Source of the DNA: an uncultured Mucilaginibacter sp.
Lineage (GTDB): Bacteria > Bacteroidota > Bacteroidia > Sphingobacteriales > Sphingobacteriaceae
DNA: 64,000 nucleotides
Assembly: GCA_913775265.1 (NCBI GenBank)
Contig: CAJYJH010000078.1
Location: forward strand, 26,342-90,341
Direction of reading: 5' to 3'
This document shows, one piece after another, positions 48,590 to 57,694 of this stretch. Numbering within the stretch: position 1 is the stretch's first letter; every line of letters begins with the position of its first letter. Both the position numbers and the translations under genes were made by a program. The notes below the pieces were generated by a model. That model saw only the letters and a list, made by a program, of their open reading frames with translations. It was not told the origin of the DNA and ran no database searches.

Positions 48590-49192
48590 TTACGGCGTAA
48601 TAGACCTGATAATACCGGTGATAGCATCGCGTAATACCTGGCGGTTAATATCATCCGAAGAATCGCGGCCTAAAATATTGATAGAGATCAGCCCGTGCAC
48701 GACCGACCAAAAAGTATAATACTTGGTACAAATCACATCTGAGTCTAAATCCTCAATGTGCATCAGTTCACCAATAGCAGGCGTAAATGCATCCCATGGT
48801 AGTTCTGCCTCAGGCAACTGGTTTACCAACTCGCAGCAGCAGTTGGTAGATACACCAAACATTACCTGGTACAACTCTTTGTTAGCAAAGGCAAAGTTCC
48901 AGTAGGCCAGCCACATGGCTTCTAACTGCTTGGCCGGTAAGCGATGCTCGGCTTTAGCCTGTTGCAAATCGCGGTCTAACAATAAAAAACCTTTGCGGGT
49001 AAGCTCCAGCAATATGGCTTCTTTGTTAGCAAAGTATTCGTAAATAATAGGGGCGGTGTATTCAATGGCATCCGCAATTTTGCGCAAGCTCAAAGCCTGC
49101 CATCCCTCTTGCTTTACAATTTGCAGGGCGGCATCCAAAATATTAATTCTGGTTTCTTCTTTTAAGCGTGCTATGCGTTCTTTACTTGCCAT
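48590..49192 (-). CDS. TetR/AcrR family regulator
   Basis: ILDAALQIV..EG...LSLRKIADAIEY..P.IY.YF..K; start re-set to MASKERI at 49192. Confidence 0.93.
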   Translation of the reverse strand: MASKERIARLKEETRINILDAALQIVKQEGWQALSLRKIADAIEYTAPIIYEYFANKEAILLELTRKGFLLLDRDLQQAKAEHRLPAKQLEAMWLAYWNFAFANKELYQVMFGVSTNCCCELVNQLPEAELPWDAFTPAIGELMHIEDLDSDVICTKYYTFWSVVHGLISINILGRDSSDDINRQVLRDAITGIIRSITP

Positions 49193-49211
49193 CGTTATGC
49201 AGTGTAAATCA

Positions 49212-49234
49212 TTTAACACTGTTAAGCAAATGTA
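49212..49234 (-). promoter_or_regulatory. tetR promoter (-7) overlapped by putative operator 3
   Basis: Minus strand reads TACATTTG directly followed by CTTAACAGTGTTAAA. Confidence 0.65.
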
Positions 49235-49392
49235 CAACGCTAAATGACCGACCGTTTCATTTAATTGTCATTAAAACTGTCATCTCATCATTTATATGAT
49301 TAAATGGTGCTTTTAAAGCGAATAAATTAAAGCTATTGTGATGTGATTTCTTTTTTGACAGTAGGCCAATCAGCATACTGCCTAACTAAACT

Positions 49393-49400
49393 TATATTTG
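49393..49400 (+). promoter_or_regulatory. -7 element of gltX
   Basis: TATATTTG ends 4 nt before the ATG. Confidence 0.55.
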
Positions 49401-49404
49401 TTGC

Positions 49405-50925
49405 ATGTCAAATCAACAAGTAAGGGTACGTTTTGCACCCAGTCCTACCGGTGGTTTGCACCTGGGTGGTGTACGCACGGTATTGTTTAATTACCTGTTT
49501 GCCCGTAAAAATAACGGCACCTTTGTTTTACGTATCGAAGACACGGATCAAAACCGTTACGTAGAGGGTGCCGAAGCCTACATATTTGATTGTTTAAAAT
49601 GGTGTGGTCTCAACCCTGATGAGAGCGCCCTTACCGGCGGACCATTTGCGCCCTATCGCCAGAGTGAGCGTAAACCGCTTTACCGCGAGTATGCCGAAAA
49701 GCTGGTGATGCATGGGCATGCTTATTATGCGTTTGATACCCCCGAAGAACTGGAGCAAAAGCGTAAAGACTTGCCGAACTTTCAATACGGTATAGCTTAT
49801 CGCGACGAAATGCGTAACTCGCTTAGCCTGCCTGAGCATGAAGTGGAGCAACTACTAAAAGCTGGCACACCGCATGTGATCCGTATCAAAATGCCCGAAG
49901 ATGAAACCATCAGCTTTGTGGATATGCTGCGCGGACCGGTAAGCTTCGAGAGCAATACAGTGGATGATAAGGTATTATTAAAAGCTGATAATATGCCTAC
50001 CTACCATTTAGCGGTGGTAGTGGATGATTATTTGATGAAAATTTCGCATGCGTTTAGAGGTGAGGAATGGTTGCCATCAGCACCGGTACACCTATTGTTA
50101 TGGGAGTATTTAGGCTGGAAAGATAGTATGCCGCAGTGGGCGCATTTACCTTTAATATTAAAACCTGACGGCCACGGTAAATTAAGCAAACGCGATGGCT
50201 CACGCCTGGGCTTCCCAGTTTATGCCATGAACTGGACTGACCCTAAAACGGGTGAGTTAACACCCGGTTTCCGCGAGTTGGGCTTTTTGCCCGAAGCTTT
50301 TTTGAACTTGCTGGCCATGTTGGGCTGGAATGACGGTACCGATCAGGAAATTTTTACGCTGGACGAACTGGTAAGCAAATTCTCGATGGATCGGGTGAGT
50401 AAAGCGGGTGCCAAGTTCGACTACGAAAAAGCCAAATGGTATAACGCCGAGTGGATTAAAAAGATAGACAGCGAGAGGTTGATTACTGAATGTAAATTGG
50501 CTTTGCAAAATAAAGGTATCACTGTTGATAGTGATGAGTATCTGACGAAAGCCATAGAACTGGTAAAAGACCGCTTGGTTTTAATTAACGATATTTACGA
50601 GCATGCCTGGTACTTTTTCAAGCAGCCGGAAGAATACGATCTGAATGCAGTGAAGCCGAAATGGACAGATGCGAAAACAGAACTATTCAAAACATTTATC
50701 CAACAATTGGAGGCAACTGAAAACTGGAATTCGGCAGATTTAGAAAATAGCTTTAAAGCATTACTGACCGAAAAAGGTTTAAAGGCAGGAGATGCCATGT
50801 TGCCATTACGCGTAATGCTGGTGGGCGGTAAGTTTGGCCCGCACGTGTTTGATATTGTGGCGCTGTTGGGTAAGCAGGAAGTGATTGCCCGTGTGGAGAA
50901 AGCTTTACAGGCTTTTACTGCCTAA
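49405..50925 (+). CDS. gltX: Glutamate--tRNA ligase
   Basis: VRVRFAPSPTG.LHLGG, LRIEDTD, PTYHLA.VVDD, RGEEWL, KLSKR. Confidence 0.98.
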   Translation: MSNQQVRVRFAPSPTGGLHLGGVRTVLFNYLFARKNNGTFVLRIEDTDQNRYVEGAEAYIFDCLKWCGLNPDESALTGGPFAPYRQSERKPLYREYAEKLVMHGHAYYAFDTPEELEQKRKDLPNFQYGIAYRDEMRNSLSLPEHEVEQLLKAGTPHVIRIKMPEDETISFVDMLRGPVSFESNTVDDKVLLKADNMPTYHLAVVVDDYLMKISHAFRGEEWLPSAPVHLLLWEYLGWKDSMPQWAHLPLILKPDGHGKLSKRDGSRLGFPVYAMNWTDPKTGELTPGFRELGFLPEAFLNLLAMLGWNDGTDQEIFTLDELVSKFSMDRVSKAGAKFDYEKAKWYNAEWIKKIDSERLITECKLALQNKGITVDSDEYLTKAIELVKDRLVLINDIYEHAWYFFKQPEEYDLNAVKPKWTDAKTELFKTFIQQLEATENWNSADLENSFKALLTEKGLKAGDAMLPLRVMLVGGKFGPHVFDIVALLGKQEVIARVEKALQAFTA

Positions 50926-50942
50926 CATATCCATATAAATTT

Positions 50943-50982
50943 AACAGGGCCGGTTTGTTTATAGCAAACCGGCTCTTTGTTT
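50943..50982. terminator. Terminator after gltX
   Basis: GGGCCGGTTTG / CAAACCGGCTC followed by TTTGTTTT. Confidence 0.75.
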
Positions 50983-50996
50983 TGATATCTTTTTCA

Positions 50997-51143
50997 CTAA
51001 TGATCATCCCGGTTTTGCAAGCTATTGATGATAAAGCCGATAATCAACCCAATGGCAAGTCCAATAATTAACTTACGGGTGGCGATACCCAGGGCAACGC
51101 CGAGGATTAATCCGATGGCGATATAATTTCGTTTAACTTTCAC
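50997..51143 (-). CDS. Small glycine-zipper membrane protein (~48 aa)
   Basis: IAIGLILGVALGIAT.KLIIGLAIGLIIGFII with GxxxG repeats; GTG at 51143 suggested as start. Confidence 0.55.
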   Translation of the reverse strand: MKVKRNYIAIGLILGVALGIATRKLIIGLAIGLIIGFIINSLQNRDDH

Positions 51144-51213
51144 TATATCAATAATATAAAAAATCCCATCAGGTTTTATGTTGATGGGATTCAATAATAT
51201 GATTTGCTTTCTG

Positions 51214-53379
51214 TTAACCCAATAGCTTATCGGGCGTAATAGGCAACTCACGTATGCGCTTGCCGGTTGCATTGTAAACGGCGTTAGCTACTGCGGCCGA
51301 CATACCGATTAAGGCTATTTCGCCCATCCCTTTGGCACCCATAGGATTTACCTTGTAGTCGGGCTTGTTCACAAACAATGCCTCAATCTGCGGGATATCA
51401 GCATGTACCGGAACGTGGTAGCCAGCTAGATCGGCATTTACGTAACGACCAAAACGGTGGTCAATTACGCCCTCTTCCATTAAAGCCATACCAATACCGC
51501 CGATAGCTCCGCCTATTACCTGACTACGCGCGGTTTTAGGACTAACAATGTGACCAGAGTCGGCTACCGACACCACTTTGTTAACTCGTACCACGCCGGT
51601 TTTAGGGTGTACCTTCACTTGCACAAAGTGCACGGAGTAGGAGTAGCTCGAAAAATTGCGCATTTCTGAACTGCCTGATGAGGTAATGGTCACATCCAAT
51701 TGCGGTAGGTTTTTGTCTTTCAGTACTTGAGCATAGTCCGGCTTATCTGTACCACCATTGCCTATCAGCTGCTGAAATTTTTCCTTCAGAGCTATACAGG
51801 CATCATGTACCGCGCCACCCACAGTTGAGGTAATCATGGATCCACCTTGGGTTGGGGACGGCGGCAATGATGAATCGCCCAGTTCAAACTTAATTTTGCT
51901 GACAGGTATGCCGGTAAATACCTCGGAAGCAATCTGCGTCATGGCAGTACCTGTGCCCACGCCAATATCGGTTACGGCGGTTTGCAGTAACAACGTGCCG
52001 TCGCTTTGCATAGTAGCTTTTACCGTAGCGCGGCCACGACCAGCGCCGAACACACCCGAGCCCATACCGTAACCAATCAACCAGCCATTTTCCTGTACCG
52101 AGCGTGGTTTGTTTTTGCGGTTCTGCCAGCCAATTTTATCGGCTCCCATCTGGTAAGCTTCTTTTAGGTATTTAGTACTGAAAGGCTTGCCGTTTTGCGG
52201 ATCGATATCTGCATGATTACGAATGCGTAGCTCTATCGGATCCATGTTCAGCTTATCAGCCAACTCATCAATAGCCGACTCAAGCGCAAAGGCACCGGTA
52301 GCTTCACCCGGACCACGCATCCAGGTAGGTGTATTTACATCAACCGGCGTAATTTTATAAATGGTACCCACATTAGGGCAGGCATACATAAAGCGCGTCA
52401 TGTTTACGGTGCCTTCGGTAAACTCTTCAAAGCTGGACGTTTGCGCACGGGCCTCGTGTACAATGCTGGTCAATTTACCATCGGCCGTAGCGCCTACGTT
52501 GATTTTTTGCCATGTATATGGCCGGTAACCTACGGTATAAAACTGCATCTCGCGGGTTAAAACCAGTTTAACCGGTCTTTTTACCTGCTTGGCAGCCATT
52601 ACAGCGGCAATTTCGTGCGGCCAGGTGCGCAGTGCATTACCAAAAGCGCCACCTACAAATTTGGCGGTTACCTGCACATTATCGGGTGGTAGCTTAAAAG
52701 CCTGCGCTATGGCATTTTGGGTAGACTTTACACCTTGCGTTTTATCGTAAACAGTTAATTTATCGTCGGCAGTCCAATGTGCAATAATAGCGCTTAGTTC
52801 CATCGGGTTATGCACATCAATCGGCACCACGTATTCGGTTTCCAGTTTAACCGGGGCGCTTTGCCAGTCGTCGGGTGTGCCACGTTTATAATCCGCAAAG
52901 CGCGAGCCTTTAGGGGTAGCGGCTTTATCCAATACTTTTGAGGTATCCGTTTGATGCGCTTCTTTGTTATACTCCGCCTTTACCAGCGATGCTGCGTAAG
53001 TAGCCCTTTCAAAGCTGTCGGCAATCACCATAGCCACTGGCTGACCATTATATTTCACGGTATTATCTACAAATAGTTTTAACGGTCCACCGCCGCTTGG
53101 CGGTTTGCTTGGATCGCCACCGGTTTCGTAACCGGGAACTTTGGGCGCGTTTAGATAAGTAAATACGGCTAAAACACCCGGTGCTTTTTCAGCGGCTTTA
53201 ATATCTATAGTTTTGATAGTACCTTTAGTGATGGTGCTGTTGGCAAAAACGGCGTAGGTCATGCCAGGAACTTCAAACTCGGCAGCATATTTGGCGGCTC
53301 CGGTAACTTTAAGTCGCCCATCTACCCGGTCAATGCCTTCAGTAAATGGTGGTATATTTAAAAGTTCTTGCTGTTTCAT
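51214..53379 (-). CDS. Xanthine dehydrogenase family molybdopterin-binding subunit (PaoC/YagR-like)
   Basis: RVDGRLKVTG.AKYAAE, HNPME, VGGAFG, MRGPG, DIGVGT, GGSM, GAKGMGE. Confidence 0.93.
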   Translation of the reverse strand: MKQQELLNIPPFTEGIDRVDGRLKVTGAAKYAAEFEVPGMTYAVFANSTITKGTIKTIDIKAAEKAPGVLAVFTYLNAPKVPGYETGGDPSKPPSGGGPLKLFVDNTVKYNGQPVAMVIADSFERATYAASLVKAEYNKEAHQTDTSKVLDKAATPKGSRFADYKRGTPDDWQSAPVKLETEYVVPIDVHNPMELSAIIAHWTADDKLTVYDKTQGVKSTQNAIAQAFKLPPDNVQVTAKFVGGAFGNALRTWPHEIAAVMAAKQVKRPVKLVLTREMQFYTVGYRPYTWQKINVGATADGKLTSIVHEARAQTSSFEEFTEGTVNMTRFMYACPNVGTIYKITPVDVNTPTWMRGPGEATGAFALESAIDELADKLNMDPIELRIRNHADIDPQNGKPFSTKYLKEAYQMGADKIGWQNRKNKPRSVQENGWLIGYGMGSGVFGAGRGRATVKATMQSDGTLLLQTAVTDIGVGTGTAMTQIASEVFTGIPVSKIKFELGDSSLPPSPTQGGSMITSTVGGAVHDACIALKEKFQQLIGNGGTDKPDYAQVLKDKNLPQLDVTITSSGSSEMRNFSSYSYSVHFVQVKVHPKTGVVRVNKVVSVADSGHIVSPKTARSQVIGGAIGGIGMALMEEGVIDHRFGRYVNADLAGYHVPVHADIPQIEALFVNKPDYKVNPMGAKGMGEIALIGMSAAVANAVYNATGKRIRELPITPDKLLG

Positions 53380-53391
53380 AAGGATGATGAT

Positions 53392-54372
53392 TTAGGCTAA
53401 GCCGGCGGCATGAGTTAACGCTTCGGTGATAGAGGCCGGAGCCATTTTAAGTTTAAAAGCATTGTCTTTAAACGCCTTGGCGCCTTGCATAGCAACTTGC
53501 GCGGCCTGCTCAAAATTTGCCACAGTTGCAGGCTTGCCTTTTAACAATTGCTCGGCGGCCGTTAAGCGCCAGGGCTTGTGCGCTACACCACCCATGGCTA
53601 AACGGGCATCTTTGATAATACCATTGTGAATATCTAATGCCGCAGCTACCGATATTAATGCAAAGGCATAAGAAGCACGGTCACGCACCTTGAGGTAGTA
53701 GCTGTGCTGCGCAAAATTGTTATTGGGTATTTCTAAGCCTGTAATCAGTTCGTCCTTAGCCAAATTGTTATCTAACTCGGGAGTAACGCCCGGCAAGCGA
53801 TGAAAGTCAGTAAACTTTAATTTGCGGACTCCTTTTTTACCTTGTATCAGCACGGTAGCATCTAACGCTGCCAATGCTACGCACATATCACTTGGGTGCA
53901 CGGCAATGCATTTGTCGCTAAAGCCAAAAATGGCATGCATCCGGTTAAAACCTTCCTTAGCGCCGCAACCTGTACCTGGTGCGCGTTTATTGCATGGCAT
54001 CGCCGTATCATAAAAATAAGGGCAACGTGTACGCTGCATCATGTTACCACCTACGGTGGCCATATTGCGTAATTGCGCTGATGCACCTGCATTTAATGCT
54101 TGTGACAATAATGGGAATTTAGTTTTCACCTGCTGATCTTCGGCTACCTGGCTGTTCAGGGCTAAAGCGCCAATATGCAAACCATTACTGATGCCCGAAA
54201 TATTGCGCAACGGCAGCTTGTTAATGTCCACCAGTTTGTCGGGGGCCATTACGCCATGCTTCATCAGGTCGACCAGATTACTGCCACCGGCAATAATTTT
54301 AGTGCCCGGTTGGGCTATGGCTGCCAATACACTTTGCTGGTTGGCGGGACGAACGTATTGAAACTGTTTCAT
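53392..54372 (-). CDS. FAD-binding subunit (PaoB/YagS-like)
   Basis: IAGGSNLVDLMK, QLRNMATVGGN, 4Fe-4S Cys set C.YF..C.K....GC..C..HPSD, KVRDRASYAFAL. Confidence 0.93.
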   Translation of the reverse strand: MKQFQYVRPANQQSVLAAIAQPGTKIIAGGSNLVDLMKHGVMAPDKLVDINKLPLRNISGISNGLHIGALALNSQVAEDQQVKTKFPLLSQALNAGASAQLRNMATVGGNMMQRTRCPYFYDTAMPCNKRAPGTGCGAKEGFNRMHAIFGFSDKCIAVHPSDMCVALAALDATVLIQGKKGVRKLKFTDFHRLPGVTPELDNNLAKDELITGLEIPNNNFAQHSYYLKVRDRASYAFALISVAAALDIHNGIIKDARLAMGGVAHKPWRLTAAEQLLKGKPATVANFEQAAQVAMQGAKAFKDNAFKLKMAPASITEALTHAAGLA

Positions 54373-55013
54373 ACCTGTTGTCCTCCGGTCTTTACTTCCT
54401 GTATGGCGTTTACGATATTAGGGTAAGCGCCGCAACGGCAAATATTACCGCTCATATATTCCCGGATCTCGGCCTCAGAGTTGGCATGCCCCTCGCGGAT
54501 ACAAGCCACGGCCGACATGATTTGCCCAGGCGTACAATAACCGCATTGGAAACCATCATGCTTGATGAAAGCTTCCTGCATAGGGTGCAGTTCGTCGCCT
54601 TTAGCCAAACCTTCAATGGTCGTTACTTTTTTGCCATCAACCATCATGGCCAGGGTAAGGCAAGAGTTTACCCGGTGGCCGTCTACATGTACGGTGCAGG
54701 CACCGCATTGCCCGTAATCGCATCCTTTTTTGGTGCCGGTTAAATGCAATTGCTCACGCAATAAATCAAGTAGGGTTACCCGTGGCTCAACAGATAAATT
54801 ATGTGCAGTGCCGTTTACGGTAACATCAAGCGAAAGTTTTTCAAATACAGCGGCTATTTTTTCGTCGAGGTGGTTTTCGGCAGCTTTTACGGCTACACCG
54901 GGCGTAAGTGCCACGGCAGTAAGCAACGACGATTTTTTTAAAAAATCACGCCGTGGGTTGTCTTTCGGCTGGAGAGTATCTTCAGCTTCAAACCCGTTGT
55001 TTTGGTCTTCCAT
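54369..55013 (-). CDS. 2Fe-2S subunit with Tat signal (PaoA/YagT-like)
   Basis: RRDFLK twin-arginine motif; GCDYGQCGACTV..SC and CGYCTPG..CRC; start re-set to MEDQN at 55013. Confidence 0.92.
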   Translation of the reverse strand: MEDQNNGFEAEDTLQPKDNPRRDFLKKSSLLTAVALTPGVAVKAAENHLDEKIAAVFEKLSLDVTVNGTAHNLSVEPRVTLLDLLREQLHLTGTKKGCDYGQCGACTVHVDGHRVNSCLTLAMMVDGKKVTTIEGLAKGDELHPMQEAFIKHDGFQCGYCTPGQIMSAVACIREGHANSEAEIREYMSGNICRCGAYPNIVNAIQEVKTGGQQV

Positions 55014-55093
55014 AAGATAAGTGGATTTACGTAATACCAAGCTAACTGTTTTTATTGGCAAGCTTTTAACAAAAGGTTTATTTATACTGATTC

Positions 55094-55136
55094 CAAAAAA
55101 GCAAAACGCCCTTTGCATAAGCATAAGGGCGTTTTG
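55094..55136 (-). terminator. Terminator after the PHP phosphatase gene
   Basis: CAAAACGCCCTT / AAGGGCGTTTTG with a T7 tract on the minus strand. Confidence 0.75.
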
Positions 55137-55206
55137 GGGTATGTTCGTTTTTAATTAAATCTATAATCTGTCAAGTTGCATTTCAAAATATAGAACCGTA
55201 TTATGT

Positions 55207-55941
55207 CTACAATAAAGTTATATTTTGCAACTGACCGGAGTCTTTCAGCTTTTTCAAATAAGAAGTTTCCAAGGCAGTTTTAAATGCAGCTGCATGGCGC
55301 GGGTGGTGCATATCGCTCGAGATAAAATCGATAAAACCTTCGTCTACCAAAGCTTCGGCTGATCTTTTAACATCTTTACCATAGTAACCCGTAAGGCTGA
55401 TCGTATTTAGCTGAATGCGGCAACCCCAACCGCGCATATTTTCAACTTCCTCGAGTGATAAATAAGGGTAACGTTCAGGGTGAGCTAAAATTGGTGTGAG
55501 GCCTTTATCTACAATTTTTTGTACAGTATAAATTAAGTTGGGTGGTTTGGCGGTAAAGCCGGTTTCAAATAACACATACTGGTTATTGATGAGCATCAAC
55601 TGGCCGTTATCAATCAGGTCTAAAAAATGCTCGTCAAAGTAATGTTCGGCGGCGGCCTCAATCGGGATGGTAATGCCTTCGGCCTGCAGGTGTTCGTTTA
55701 AACGGGTAAGGGCATCAAAAATGGTATCGGCGTTATTCTTAAAATAGTCGACCATAATGTGCGGAGTGGCAATAATTTTTTTGATGCCCGCTGCCATCAT
55801 TTCTTTCACCAAAATAGCCGAATCTTCAACCGTTTGTGCACCATCATCAATGCCAGGCAGCACATGCGAGTGCATATCAACCGATACAAAACCGTAATCA
55901 AAAGTTTCTACTGGTTCTTTCTTCTTAAAAAATCCGAACAT
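55207..55941 (-). CDS. CpsB/CapC-type PHP tyrosine-protein phosphatase
   Basis: DMHSHVLPGIDDG, IATPH, AAEHY, LAHPERY, SSDMH. Confidence 0.92.
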   Translation of the reverse strand: MFGFFKKKEPVETFDYGFVSVDMHSHVLPGIDDGAQTVEDSAILVKEMMAAGIKKIIATPHIMVDYFKNNADTIFDALTRLNEHLQAEGITIPIEAAAEHYFDEHFLDLIDNGQLMLINNQYVLFETGFTAKPPNLIYTVQKIVDKGLTPILAHPERYPYLSLEEVENMRGWGCRIQLNTISLTGYYGKDVKRSAEALVDEGFIDFISSDMHHPRHAAAFKTALETSYLKKLKDSGQLQNITLL

Positions 55942-56021
55942 ATATGGGTATAAACGTCAAATGGCCTGCCAAAGTTATCATTTTTACCGGTGGCAGCTTA
56001 CTGACGGGATTGATGATGATG

Positions 56022-56495
56022 TTAATTGCCTAATTCGGCCTGCATAGTTTGTTGCAGTTCGGGCAGGTGGGCCTGCAACTTCTGCTGGGCTATCTCAATC
56101 CCTTTTTGCTGCAAGGCAGGCAGTTTTTCAATCGTCTTTTTGCCTACAGGCGTTAAGTAAAACCGGGTAATTTCTTTAAGCTCCGCTTCGGTAAACTCTT
56201 CGGCATAAATACGGGCCATTTCCTGCTTCAGGTCAGCAAAGCTCATATACTTGCTCAAAAAATTAAGCATCACGGTTTTAAACTTCGCTTTTTTATCTTC
56301 GGCAATTTGAGCGCTGGCGGCACCTACTATATTGGCGTACATACTGCTCATCTGGCTTTCGAGGTTGCTGGCTGTAATTAAATCCTCGGCTGCTTTAAGC
56401 CGGGATGATTTTGCCGCCGGAGTAGTTTGTGCCTGCACTGCAAACGCCGAAAGGAGCACAAACAGGCCGCTCATAAATAGTGCTTTTAAACTCAT
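56022..56495 (-). CDS. DUF2059 domain protein, secreted
   Basis: Signal peptide; IYAEEFTEAELKEITRFY.TPVGKK. Confidence 0.85.
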   Translation of the reverse strand: MSLKALFMSGLFVLLSAFAVQAQTTPAAKSSRLKAAEDLITASNLESQMSSMYANIVGAASAQIAEDKKAKFKTVMLNFLSKYMSFADLKQEMARIYAEEFTEAELKEITRFYLTPVGKKTIEKLPALQQKGIEIAQQKLQAHLPELQQTMQAELGN

Positions 56496-56501
56496 AAAAG
56501 G

Positions 56502-57623
56502 TTATATTTTAATAAAAATCCGTTTATTGTACATCACCCATAAAATACCCATCCACACCAAAACATAGGCAATGGCCCAGGCCAGCGATGCATTGAGGGG
56601 TGAAAAATGAGGAACAAAAAACTGCTGATAAAGCGCATTACTTAAACTGGTTTTATTACCATTGTGGTTTACCATAATGCGGTTCATACTACGGGCGGCC
56701 AGGCCGGATACTACAAAAACCGTAATAGCATTTACACCATACACCACAAAAGGTTTAATAGCGCCCTGGTACCCTTCAATATCAATCAGCCAGTAGCAAA
56801 GTGCAAAGAAGAGCAAGTCTAACCCACCAATAAACAACACGAATGAACTGGTCCACAAAGCTTTGTTAATAGGTAGCCAGATATTCCATACCAAACCGCC
56901 AACTACCAATAATGCCCCGGCAGCCAGCATACCATAAACTTTTATTTTAGGCGAGTAAGTTAATTGCTTAAGCCAGGTGCCGGTAAGTACCCCTAACAAA
57001 CCGGTGGCGATGGCGGGCAGCGTGCTTAAAATACCCTCCGGGTCCCAAGTTTTGCTTTGTTTCCATAAGTGCGCCGTGGTTAGGACAGTACGATCAAGCC
57101 AGGCACCTAAGTTAGTTTCGGGCTCCAAACTGGGCACGCCGGTATCGGGTACCGGAACTTTGGTCATCAGCAAATGGTAGCCAATTAAGATGATGAGTGC
57201 TAATATGGCCTGAAAGCGGTAGCCCGATTTTATAAAAATTAAACCGCAGATGAGATACACTACGGCAATGCGCTGCAACACGCCCGGAAAACGCAGAGTC
57301 GAAAAATCCCAGTCTAAAAAGAACGACATGAACAATCCCAAACCTGCAATAATCAATGCCCGCTTCAGAATTTTAACCAATAGTTTGCCATGACTCTCCG
57401 GCTGTTGCTTAGCCGTTTGCATAGCAAAAACGATGGATATGCCCACAATGAACAAAAACGACGGAAACACTAGGTCGGCCACGGTGCAGCCATTCCAGGT
57501 GGCGTGTTCTAACGGCGGGTAGATGTGGCCCCAATCGCCCGGGTTGTTCACCAGGGTCATAATCATAACGGTAAGCCCCCGAAAAACATCGAGCGACTGC
57601 AGGCGCGAAGAGGTGTTAGTCAT
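56502..57623 (-). CDS. HGSNAT/NagX-like (DUF1624) membrane acyltransferase
   Basis: RLQSLDVFRG.T..M.LVN.PG, H..WNG.T.ADLVFP.FLF.VG, GVLQRI, DPEG.LST, INK.LWTSS. Confidence 0.88.
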   Translation of the reverse strand: MTNTSSRLQSLDVFRGLTVMIMTLVNNPGDWGHIYPPLEHATWNGCTVADLVFPSFLFIVGISIVFAMQTAKQQPESHGKLLVKILKRALIIAGLGLFMSFFLDWDFSTLRFPGVLQRIAVVYLICGLIFIKSGYRFQAILALIILIGYHLLMTKVPVPDTGVPSLEPETNLGAWLDRTVLTTAHLWKQSKTWDPEGILSTLPAIATGLLGVLTGTWLKQLTYSPKIKVYGMLAAGALLVVGGLVWNIWLPINKALWTSSFVLFIGGLDLLFFALCYWLIDIEGYQGAIKPFVVYGVNAITVFVVSGLAARSMNRIMVNHNGNKTSLSNALYQQFFVPHFSPLNASLAWAIAYVLVWMGILWVMYNKRIFIKI

Positions 57624-57694
57624 GTTTGAAGCTGTTAGCGAGGCTTAAATATAGCAGTATTAAATGAACAGCTCAGGCTATGACCAGGTTACGT

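Noticed and set aside
30896-49400. Integrative element or prophage bounded by att sites at tRNA-Arg
   Set aside because: No integrase, phage or conjugation genes, and no second copy of the tRNA 3' end seen in the window.
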